A DNA stretch of 64,000 nt from Alcaligenaceae bacterium (GTDB lineage Bacteria > Pseudomonadota > Gammaproteobacteria > Steroidobacterales > Steroidobacteraceae): the NCBI GenBank assembly GCA_036677145.1, contig JAKFFF010000034.1:48202-112201 (forward strand). The letters run 5' to 3'. A model generated the notes under the pieces. That model did no database searches, was not told the origin of the DNA, and saw nothing but the letters and a program-made list of their open reading frames with translations. Positions 56,868 through 64,000 of the stretch are shown piece after piece. The translations under genes were made by a program, and so were the position numbers. Every line of letters starts with the position of its first letter. Within the stretch, counting starts at the first letter, position 1.

Positions 56868-56999
56868 GTGGGCGAGACGCGCCGCGTCTGGGAGTCCTCG
56901 CGGCTATGGCTCGCGGCGATCCTGGCCGCCGCGCTCGCCGGCGGATCGTGGTGGTCGGTCGCGAACGCCCCGGAGGTCGTGATTTTCGGCTTCGACTGA
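56868..56999 (+). CDS. Possible 43-aa small membrane protein
   Basis: The GTG lies 11 nt after the cytochrome c' stop. Sequence: VGETRRVWESSRLWLAAILAAALAGGSWWSVANAPEVVIFGFD. About 40 of 43 codons end in G/C. There is no Shine-Dalgarno. It is below the track length cutoff. Confidence 0.35.
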   Translation: MGETRRVWESSRLWLAAILAAALAGGSWWSVANAPEVVIFGFD

Positions 57000-57035
57000 G
57001 TATCCGATACCCTAGCGGGGTATGAATACGGATAC
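57000..57035 (+). promoter_or_regulatory. Nested palindrome with a CsoR/RcnR-type operator core overlapping the CDF start codon
   Basis: GTATCCG-ATACCC-tagcg-GGGTAT-gaata-CGGATAC. The core ATACCCTAGCGGGGTAT (57007..57023) closely resembles the B. subtilis CsoR copZA operator as I recall it (TACCCTACGGGGGTA). The ATG at 57022 lies within the right half-site. Confidence 0.5.
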
Positions 57036-57933
57036 GGCGCAGCCGCATTGCCAGTCGCCACGTTTCGACGCGGGCAATCCGCTCGCCGAACGGGGCATCC
57101 GCCGCGCGCTGTGGCTGACGATCGCGATGATGATCGTCGAGATCGCGGGCGGCTGGTGGTTCAACTCCATGGCGGTGCTCGCCGACGGCTGGCACATGAG
57201 TTCGCATGCGCTCGCTCTCGGGCTGTCCGCATTCGCATATTCGTTCGCGCGCCGCCAGGCCAGTCACCGGCATTTCGCGTTCGGCACGTGGAAGGTCGAG
57301 GTGCTGGCCGGCTACACGAGCGCGATACTCCTGCTCGGGATCGCGGCGCTGATGACTTACCAGTCCATCGAGCGATTGCTGCAGCCGCAGACGATTCATT
57401 ACACCGAAGCCATGACGATCGCCGCGGTTGGCCTGGCGGTCAACCTGCTGTGCGCGTGGTGGCTGCGGGGCAGTCACGTGCATTCACATGACCATGAACA
57501 CGAGCATGGACATGCCGGCCATGTCGATCTCAACGTGCGCTCGGCGTATGTGCATGTCCTCGCCGATGCCGCGACGTCGGTGCTCGCGATCATTGCCCTC
57601 GTCGGGGGTCTCTATTTCGGCGCGGCCTGGCTCGACCCGGTCATGGGACTGGTGGGCGCGGCGTTGGTGTCAGTGTGGGCCTGGGGCCTGTTGCGCGATT
57701 CCGGCCGCATCCTGCTCGATGCGGAGATGAACGCGCCGGTCGTGGCCGAGGTGCGCGCTGCGATCGAGCAGGGCGCGGTGCCCGCGCGCATCACCGACCT
57801 GCACGTCTGGCGCGTGGGCCGCGCACAATACGCGGTGGTCGTCAGCGTGACGTCGAATGAAACCGCCGACTACTTCCGCCGCGCGCTCGCCGTCCACGAG
57901 GAACTCGTGCACGTGACAGTCGAGGTGGATTAA
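57022..57933 (+). CDS. Cation diffusion facilitator transporter, DmeF-like (Co/Ni/Zn efflux)
   Basis: 303 aa with six TM helices. Motifs: LADGWHMSSHA, His-rich loop HVHSHDHEHEHGHAGH, HVLADAATS. Confidence 0.85.
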   Translation: MNTDTAQPHCQSPRFDAGNPLAERGIRRALWLTIAMMIVEIAGGWWFNSMAVLADGWHMSSHALALGLSAFAYSFARRQASHRHFAFGTWKVEVLAGYTSAILLLGIAALMTYQSIERLLQPQTIHYTEAMTIAAVGLAVNLLCAWWLRGSHVHSHDHEHEHGHAGHVDLNVRSAYVHVLADAATSVLAIIALVGGLYFGAAWLDPVMGLVGAALVSVWAWGLLRDSGRILLDAEMNAPVVAEVRAAIEQGAVPARITDLHVWRVGRAQYAVVVSVTSNETADYFRRALAVHEELVHVTVEVD

Positions 57934-58030
57934 TGGGGACATTCCTCATTTCGTTGTAACAATGCGAACTATCGCGCGCATCCAAACGAATTCTGGATTG
58001 TTACAACGAAATGAGGAATGTCCCCATTAA
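57930..58030. repeat. Perfect 34 bp inverted repeat with a 33 nt loop; a miniature member of the AATGGGGACATTCC repeat family and a probable bidirectional terminator
   Basis: TTAATGGGGACATTCCTCATTTCGTTGTAACAAT (57930..57963) is the exact reverse complement of 57997..58030. The arms contain the TAA stops of the CDF gene (57931..57933) and of cysB (58027..58029, minus strand). Confidence 0.9.
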
Positions 58031-59004
58031 CGTAGATAGGGGATCTTCACGCCAGCGAATTCCCGCTCGACAACTTCCTGCGACTCGGCGCGTTCGGCCG
58101 CCTGCACCTGGCGCTGCGTGAGATGCGGCGCGAGCATCTGCAGGAAGTCGTACATGTAGCCGCGCAGCAGCACGCCGCGGCGGAATCCCGCCCAGGTCGT
58201 ATGCACCGGGAACAGGTGCGAGGCGTCGCGCACTTTCAGATCGGAATCTTCGGCGCCGTCGATGGCGACGTTCGCGATGATTCCGACGCCGAGTCCCTCG
58301 CGCACGTATTTCTTGATGACGTCCGAATCCCAGGCGGTCAACGCCACGGTCGGCGTGAGGCCCTCGTCGGCGAACAGCTCGATCAGCGACGAGGGACCGG
58401 TGAAACTGAAGGAATAGGTGATCAGCGGATATCGCGCGAGGTCGGCGAACGTGGGTTTGTTCACCTCGCCGAGCGGGTGGTCCTCGGGGACGATGATGGT
58501 GCGATGCCAGCGATAGCAGGGCATGCGCACGAGCCCGGAAAACACCGGACTCGCGCCGGTTGCGATCGCGAAATCGATGCGGTCCGTCGCGGCGAGATCG
58601 GCGATCTGCTCGGAATTGCCCTGGTGCAGGTGCAGTCGCACCTTCGGGTACTTCTCGCGGAATAGTTTGAGCACGGGCGGCAACACGTAGCGCGCCTGCG
58701 TGTGGGTGGTCGCGATCGACAATGCACCCGCGTCATCCTTGCGCAGGTCGGCGGCGAGCGCCTTGATGCTGCGCGCCTGGCGCACGATCTGCGATGCCCG
58801 GTCGATGACCTTCGCGCCCGCATCGGTGGGCCGCACCAGCGCGCGGCCCTTCCTCTCGAAGAGCTGGAAGCCGAGCTCGTCTTCGAGCTGCTTCAGCTGT
58901 TTGCTGACGCCGGGTTGCGCGGCATGCAGCGTGCGCGCGGCCTGCGTGATGTTGAGATCATTTTCAGCCACGGCCACGAGGTATCGCAGCTGTATGAGCT
59001 TCAT
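58027..59004 (-). CDS. cysB: LysR-family regulator CysB
   Basis: ATG 59004 (MKLIQLRYLVAV) inside ORF 58027..59139. Collinear with E. coli CysB: TTHTQARY, PCYRWHR, LITYSFSFTG, FRRGVLLRGYMYDF. Confidence 0.9.
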   Translation of the reverse strand: MKLIQLRYLVAVAENDLNITQAARTLHAAQPGVSKQLKQLEDELGFQLFERKGRALVRPTDAGAKVIDRASQIVRQARSIKALAADLRKDDAGALSIATTHTQARYVLPPVLKLFREKYPKVRLHLHQGNSEQIADLAATDRIDFAIATGASPVFSGLVRMPCYRWHRTIIVPEDHPLGEVNKPTFADLARYPLITYSFSFTGPSSLIELFADEGLTPTVALTAWDSDVIKKYVREGLGVGIIANVAIDGAEDSDLKVRDASHLFPVHTTWAGFRRGVLLRGYMYDFLQMLAPHLTQRQVQAAERAESQEVVEREFAGVKIPYLR

Positions 59005-59149
59005 GGAGCGGTCGTAATTCCTGGGTGGTGGGCCATCGAAGGCAGTGAGGGTGAACTCGTCGAGGGGGCGCGCTTCATTCCTCTCACTGCCTCCGCGGCC
59101 CGAAGAAGCAGGGTACGCCGCATTCCGCGGCGTACCCACTAACTATTGG

Positions 59150-60175
59150 TTATTGCGCGTAGATCTGATCGAATATGCCGCCGTCGCCGAAGTGTTCCTT
59201 CTGCGCCTTGCCCCAGCCGCCGAAGTCCTTGATGGTGACCAGCTCGAGCTTAGGGAACAGTTCCTGGTGCTTCGCGGCGACCGCCGGATCGCGCGGGCGA
59301 TAATAATTGCGCGCGGCGATTTCCTGGCCTTCCGGCGTGTACAGGTACTTGAGGTACTCCTCGGCGACGGTGCGTGTGCCGCGGCGCAGGACGACCTTGT
59401 CGACCACCGCCACCGAAGGTTCGGCGAGGATGCTGATCGACGGGATCACGATCTCGAACTTGCCGACGCCAAGTTCCTTGGTCGCGAGCCAGGCTTCGTT
59501 TTCCCACGAAATGAACACGTCGCCGATGTTGCGCTGGGCGAAGGTCGTGAGCGAGCCGCGTGCGCCCGTGTCGAGCACCGGCACGTTCTTGAACAGCTTG
59601 CGGACATAGTCCTTTGCCGCGGCTTCGTTGCCGCCCGGCTGCTTGAGCGCCCAGGCCCAGCCGGCGAGGTAGTTCCAGCGCGCGCCGCCCGAGGTTTTCG
59701 GATTGGGCGTGATCACGCTGACTCCCGGCTTCACGAGATCGCCCCAGTCCTTGATCTTCTTGGGGTTGCCCTTGCGGACCAGGAACACGATCGTCGAGGT
59801 GTAGGGCGCCGAGTTGTTAGGCAGGCGCTCTTCCCAGTTGACGGGCAGCAACTTGCCATTGGTCGCGATCGCGTCGATGTCGCCGGCCAAAGCAAGCGTC
59901 ACGACGTCGGCCGCGAGGCCGTCGATCACCGAGCGCGCCTGGCGGCCGGAGCCACCGTGCGACTGGTTGATCTTGACCGTATTGCCGGTCTTCTTCTTCC
60001 AGTACTCCGCGAACGACTTGTTGAAATCCACGTACAACTCGCGCGTCGGGTCATACGACACGTTGAGCAGCGTGGTCTCCGCGGCCTGCGCCGCGGACGA
60101 CGCGCCGCCGATGAACACTGCGCTCGCGATGGCGAGCAGCAGGCGGCGATTCCAGTTCGGTTGATTCATTTTCAT
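59150..60175 (-). CDS. sbp: Sulfate-binding protein (second Sbp paralogue)
   Basis: 341 aa with a signal peptide. Motifs: [47 protein letters not shown]. Confidence 0.9.
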   Translation of the reverse strand: MKMNQPNWNRRLLLAIASAVFIGGASSAAQAAETTLLNVSYDPTRELYVDFNKSFAEYWKKKTGNTVKINQSHGGSGRQARSVIDGLAADVVTLALAGDIDAIATNGKLLPVNWEERLPNNSAPYTSTIVFLVRKGNPKKIKDWGDLVKPGVSVITPNPKTSGGARWNYLAGWAWALKQPGGNEAAAKDYVRKLFKNVPVLDTGARGSLTTFAQRNIGDVFISWENEAWLATKELGVGKFEIVIPSISILAEPSVAVVDKVVLRRGTRTVAEEYLKYLYTPEGQEIAARNYYRPRDPAVAAKHQELFPKLELVTIKDFGGWGKAQKEHFGDGGIFDQIYAQ

Positions 60176-60187
60176 TGCTCCAATTCT

Positions 60188-61618
60188 TCAGAAGTTGATC
60201 GCGAAGCGCGAGAACAGCGCCTGCTCGTCGTCACGGTCACCCGTTGCGGCGCCGCCTTCGAATTCGGTCAGGTCGTAGTTGATGGACAGCTTCACGGTGT
60301 TCCAGGGATACCAGTTGAGGCCGACGCCATAGGCGGTGGCCTTGCTCACCGCGGTCAGCGGATTGGCGAACGAAGTCGCGCCGCCGATGAACGCGGCGTT
60401 GTCGACGTCGAGCACCTGGTAACGCGCGACCAGCTCGAAGGCGCCGCTGCCGGTCTTGCCCGGACGGAAGGTGCTGTTCGGCGTGAAGCCGCGGTAGGCC
60501 TCGTCTTCGCCGGTGAGGAACCAGGAGAACTGCGTCTGCCAGGCGGTGTTGGTCAGCGTGTCGGAACGAGTGACGCCGCCGACGGTGCGCGACACGTCCT
60601 GTTCGACCTGCGTCCATTCGCCGAGGATTCCGAACTGGCCGCGCGAGTAGTAGAACTGTGGCGCGAGTCGCAGGCGCTGGCCGTCGGCGAACGTCGCGTT
60701 GTTAGGCGTGACGCCCGTTGCCGTGTTCGCGCGATAGCTGAAGATGGACTGCTGACCGGGTGAGCGGTAGGCGGCCAGGTAGGTGTTGGTGGGAAGCCCG
60801 TCGACATCCTGCCAGGTGGCGCCGATGCCGAATCCGAGACCGCGCAGGCTGAAGTTTTCCGAATTCAGGAAAGGCTGGAAGAACACGCGCGCGGCGAAGT
60901 CGCCGGCGGTGTCGGATTCCACGTCCGGGGTCGGGAGGCTTTCACTGCTGCCGCCATCGGTCACGCCATTGAAGTAGCCGACCTGGTAGCTGAAGACACT
61001 GCCCGCGATGTCACCGGAGAGCTGCACGCCGATGTCGCGGTTGGGGACGAGACTGGTCGGCAATCCGCGCTCGATGAAGCGCAGGTCCGCGCCGCTCTGC
61101 AGGCGTTCCAGACCCACCGACGGTTTGAACTTGCCCAGCGTGATGACGGCGGCGGGATTGAAGCGGGCTGCTACGTAGGCGTCGATGATGACGCTCCTGC
61201 CGCCGCCGAAGTCCGGCGTAAAGCGGAAGTCGTAGATGTTGCCGAAGGTGCCTTCGAAGGTCGGACGCACGCGGCGCAGAAGGAAGGTGTCCGCCGTCTC
61301 CGGAACGGAGTCGCCGCCGAAGGCGCGATAGTCCGCGTGCAAGGTGCCGCGGAAGCGCACGAAGTTGGCGCCGTCGGCCGAACCCACCTGGACGCGAGAG
61401 GCATTGGCCGTGATTTTCGGCGCGCTGCTGGCGGCCGACTTGGCGGCTTCCTCGGACAGTTCGAGCTTGCGCTCGAGGATCAAAAGGCGTTGCTTCTGTT
61501 CTTCGATCTCACTGCGCAGATCGTTGTCGGGGGCGGGCGCCGTCTGCGCCAGCGCGATTCCCGCAAAAGGCAGCAACGCTGCAATCGAAGCACGCGCCGC
61601 TGCACGTCTGATGTTCAC
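60188..61618 (-). CDS. OprO/OprP-family (phosphate-selective porin O and P fold) anion porin
   Basis: 476 aa with a signal peptide and an N-terminal coiled coil (EEQKQRLLILERKLE). Motifs: FRGTLHADY, LLRRVRPTFEG. C-terminal residues are FAINF. Confidence 0.85.
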   Translation of the reverse strand: MNIRRAAARASIAALLPFAGIALAQTAPAPDNDLRSEIEEQKQRLLILERKLELSEEAAKSAASSAPKITANASRVQVGSADGANFVRFRGTLHADYRAFGGDSVPETADTFLLRRVRPTFEGTFGNIYDFRFTPDFGGGRSVIIDAYVAARFNPAAVITLGKFKPSVGLERLQSGADLRFIERGLPTSLVPNRDIGVQLSGDIAGSVFSYQVGYFNGVTDGGSSESLPTPDVESDTAGDFAARVFFQPFLNSENFSLRGLGFGIGATWQDVDGLPTNTYLAAYRSPGQQSIFSYRANTATGVTPNNATFADGQRLRLAPQFYYSRGQFGILGEWTQVEQDVSRTVGGVTRSDTLTNTAWQTQFSWFLTGEDEAYRGFTPNSTFRPGKTGSGAFELVARYQVLDVDNAAFIGGATSFANPLTAVSKATAYGVGLNWYPWNTVKLSINYDLTEFEGGAATGDRDDEQALFSRFAINF

Positions 61619-61759
61619 TCTCGTTCTCCTGGATTCGTGTGTGCCACAAGGCCAGGAGAGGGTAGGGAGGACCGGGTAACGGGGTCAGTCGCAACCCGGT
61701 GACGTGCCGGTTATGAGCCTGATTTTCTGGTTATACCCATATGACTCGTCGGCCTGTTC

Positions 61760-62053
61760 TTACTGCTGGCGCAGGCTCTCGGCATAGGAGGCCAGCAGGT
61801 GCGCCGTGCGGCTGTTGTCGCCAAGCGGCACCGCGCTCCCGCCCGCGCCCAGCGCGGCAAACAGTAGTTTGAGATCCTTGAACAGCGACAGTCGATGCTG
61901 CTTTTCGACACGGGTGGCCTGCTCGTCAGGGGTCAGGGCCTGCGATGCTTCGACATCCAGGTCCTCCAGCTCCACCGGGCTGCCCGAAAAGGGGGACAGA
62001 CGCGCGCCCAGATTCGCTTCGACGGTGCCGGGAATTCTGTTGCGAGTGCTCAT
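61760..62053 (-). CDS. Hypothetical 97-aa protein divergent from a LysR gene
   Basis: ATG 62053. This is only the last 97 codons of track ORF 61760..63049; the remainder of that ORF is antisense to the LysR gene. High GC3. Sequence: MSTRNRIPGTVEANLGARLSPFSG...LFAALGAGGSAVPLGDNSRTAHLLASYAESLRQQ. No family recognised. Confidence 0.55.
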   Translation of the reverse strand: MSTRNRIPGTVEANLGARLSPFSGSPVELEDLDVEASQALTPDEQATRVEKQHRLSLFKDLKLLFAALGAGGSAVPLGDNSRTAHLLASYAESLRQQ

Positions 62054-62152
62054 TTCACTGTCTCCTGAGGCAAAATTGCCATGTCGCCAATCTGCGCTAG
62101 AGTGCCGGCACGAACAAACGCGCTTCCTGAAGCGCCCATAAGGAAAAGTGAC

Positions 62153-63106
62153 GTGACCACTGCTTATGCCCGGCTGCCGCTGAATGCGCTGCGCGTTTTC
62201 GAAGCGGTGGCTTCGCGCCTGTCGTTCGCGGATGCGGCCGAGGCGCTGCACGTGACGCCCGCCGCGGTCAGTCAGCAGGTCAAGTCGCTCGAGGACTATC
62301 TGCAGGTGCAGCTGTTCAAGCGCTCGGGCCGGCGCATCGAATTGACCGCCGAAGGCCAGCAACTGCTGCCCGGGGTACGGCGGGGGCTCGACGAGCTCGA
62401 GGCCTCGATGCAGCACCTCAAGCAGCACCGGGCCGAGGGGCCGCTGCAGATCACCTTGCTGTCGTCGTTCCTGCAGCGCTGGTTGTTGCCGCGTATCGGC
62501 TCTTTCAACGCGCTCGATTCCGGCGTGGAGCTGCGCTTCCATACCGGCCGCGATCCGGTGGATTTCTCGCGCTCGGAAATGCACGTCGCGATCCGCATGG
62601 GTCTCGGCCGCTGGCCGGGCCTGCACGTGGAAAAGTTGCTCGACGAATGGGTGGTCCCGATCGCCTCTCCGGCGCTGCTCGCCAAATACGGCCCCGTGCC
62701 GCGCGGCGAAGACCTGCAGAATTTCCCCTTGCTCGGCAGTGTCGATGAGCCCTGGCAGGCGTGGATCGAGAAGGGCCAGGAAGGCCAATGGCTGGCGCGC
62801 GCGCCGATCATCGACGACTCCGCGGGCGTCATCGCGGCCGCCGAAGAAGGCATCGGTTTCGCGCTGGCCCGCTGGTCGCTGGTGCAGCGTTCGCTCGAGC
62901 AGGGCCGCGTGGTGCTGGCCGGCGATGCGATGTTGCCCTTCCGCTTCTCCTACTTCTTCGTGTGTCCCGAGCCCTACCTCGTCATGCCCAAGGTGAAGCG
63001 TTTCCGCGACTGGATCTTCGACATGGCGAAGTCCTTTTCGAAGCCGCACACGCTGTTCGAAAAGCGCGCGGTGCCCGTGATCAGAACGGCGAAGAAGACG
63101 TCGTAA
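62153..63106 (+). CDS. LysR-family transcriptional regulator (GcvA/AmpR-like)
   Basis: GTG 62153 inside ORF 62081..63106. HTH region: LPLNALRVFEAVASRLSFADAAEALHVTPAAVSQQVKSLE. Confidence 0.85.
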   Translation: MTTAYARLPLNALRVFEAVASRLSFADAAEALHVTPAAVSQQVKSLEDYLQVQLFKRSGRRIELTAEGQQLLPGVRRGLDELEASMQHLKQHRAEGPLQITLLSSFLQRWLLPRIGSFNALDSGVELRFHTGRDPVDFSRSEMHVAIRMGLGRWPGLHVEKLLDEWVVPIASPALLAKYGPVPRGEDLQNFPLLGSVDEPWQAWIEKGQEGQWLARAPIIDDSAGVIAAAEEGIGFALARWSLVQRSLEQGRVVLAGDAMLPFRFSYFFVCPEPYLVMPKVKRFRDWIFDMAKSFSKPHTLFEKRAVPVIRTAKKTS

Positions 63107-63201
63107 GTTTTGTTGATGCCGGATTCAGGCATCGCGTTTGTTAGTCGCGGAGTTCGCGCGCACCATTTCGCACATGTAATTCACTCATTGGAGTAGCGAA
63201 C

Positions 63202-63318
63202 ATGTGCATTGAGAAGATAGCGCGCAACGCCGGCTTCGCCCTGGCGTCACTCGGGATCGTGACCGGCCTCGCGGCGGCCATCGAATACCTGCCCGTCGTC
63301 AACGCGCTGGCACGCTGA
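63202..63318 (+). CDS. Possible 38-aa small hydrophobic protein
   Basis: ATG has GGAG 8 nt upstream. Sequence: MCIEKIARNAGFALASLGIVTGLAAAIEYLPVVNALAR. 33 of 38 codons end in G/C. Its 3' end overlaps the convergent modC by 20 nt. It is below the track length cutoff. Confidence 0.35.
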   Translation: MCIEKIARNAGFALASLGIVTGLAAAIEYLPVVNALAR

Positions 63319-64000
63319 AAACGTGCCCGCGCAATGAGACCGCTTTTATGAGCGCCCAGACCTGCATGCCTTCCGTCAGCGACAGTTCCTGCGCCGCCCC
63401 CGCCGTGATGCGGGCGAGCAGCGTGGAAGTTCGCCCGATATCGAGTTCGACGAGCACCGCCCGGCCGACGTCCGGCGTGATCGACACGACTCGCGCCGGA
63501 ACCACGTTGCGCACGGACAAGGCGTGCGGGGACTCGGTGGCGAGAATGACGTCTCGCGCCAATACCTGGATCTGGATCCGCTGACCGGCGGCGGCGGCGT
63601 CATGTTCGACATGGAGCAACGCATCGCCGATGCGCAGCTGGGCGAGGCCCGTGCCGTCGACGCGTTCGACGACGCCCGAAACGACCGCGCCCACGGCATC
63701 AGGCCCAACAATGGCGCGCAGCGCGGGATGGCGGCTCACCGTCGCGATGTCGCCTTGCGCGACCGCTTTTCCATCATCAAGCAGCACGACGCGGGTCGCG
63801 AGCCGCAGGACCTCATCGAATTGATGGCTCACGTAGATGACCGGTATGGCGAGACTGTCGCGCAACCGTTCGAGCCATGGCAAAACCTCTTCGCGGCGCG
63901 CGGCATCTAGCGACGCCAGCGGCTCGTCGAGCAGCAACAGCCGCGGCTGACGCAGCAGGGCGCGCCCGAGCGCGACGCGTTGCTTTTCGCCGCCCGACAA
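63299..64000 (-). CDS. modC: Molybdate ABC transporter ATP-binding protein ModC (5' end outside window)
   Basis: Motifs: SGGEKQRVALGRALL, LLLLDEPLASLD. The C-terminal TOBE-type region is typical of ModC. Confidence 0.85.
   Translation of the reverse strand: MSGGEKQRVALGRALLRQPRLLLLDEPLASLDAARREEVLPWLERLRDSLAIPVIYVSHQFDEVLRLATRVVLLDDGKAVAQGDIATVSRHPALRAIVGPDAVGAVVSGVVERVDGTGLAQLRIGDALLHVEHDAAAAGQRIQIQVLARDVILATESPHALSVRNVVPARVVSITPDVGRAVLVELDIGRTSTLLARITAGAAQELSLTEGMQVWALIKAVSLRGHVFSVPAR

Noticed and set aside
59045-60763. 572-aa + strand ORF over sbp and the porin
   Set aside because: It is antisense to two clearly recognisable minus-strand genes.
62054-63049. N-terminal 332 codons of track ORF 61760..63049
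   Set aside because: This part is antisense to the LysR regulator. Only the last 97 codons, which lie outside the LysR gene, look coding.
1-64000. Search for tRNA, rRNA, tmRNA, riboswitch-like leaders, integrases, transposases, toxin-antitoxin pairs and known defence genes
   Set aside because: I could recognise none by eye. The absence of structured RNAs cannot be proven without covariance-model scans.

Overview
GC-rich (roughly two-thirds G+C by eye, not computed) proteobacterial chromosomal segment. About 57 protein genes are supported. I found no rRNA, tRNA, CRISPR, transposase, integrase or phage genes. Many long ORFs in the track are antisense shadows of real genes, as expected at this GC content.

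Gene content, left to right:
1. Exopolysaccharide / PEP-CTERM neighbourhood: a GT2::MDR fusion, an ATP-grasp enzyme, rmlA-rmlC-rmlB without rmlD, an exosortase-A-type acyl-CoA ligase, an SGNH hydrolase, a DUF218 protein, and a DUF4114/PEP-CTERM protein behind a near-consensus sigma-54 promoter.
2. A GlrK / QseG-like lipoprotein / GlrR three-component system.
3. galE, srkA, three GGDEF-EAL proteins, ybdK, and a TorF-porin / ECF sigma / anti-sigma / S8 protease string.
4. An MFS transporter and a large secreted repeat protein.
5. A copper-uptake module (a DUF2946 protein plus a PCuAC domain fused to a TonB-dependent receptor), co-oriented with a photolyase and an orphan MotA/ExbB-like protein.
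6. A sulfate ABC transporter whose CysA carries a USP-like tail. A Cys-rich-PAS histidine kinase and an OmpR-type regulator are embedded in the same operon. Two Sbp paralogues, CysB and an OprO/P-type porin lie nearby.
7. A four-gene periplasmic redox operon: a DsbD-N-like protein, a c-type cytochrome, a mono-haem unknown and a TlpA-like thioredoxin.
8. Cytochrome c', a DmeF-like CDF exporter with a CsoR/RcnR-type operator, a LysR regulator and modC.

Non-coding highlights are a roughly 700 bp giant palindrome and a MITE-like repeat family with AATGGGGACATTCC termini. The ends of this family supply the TAA stop codons of three genes.

Limits: all family calls come from motif recognition by eye, with no searches run. 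Several start codons are uncertain.
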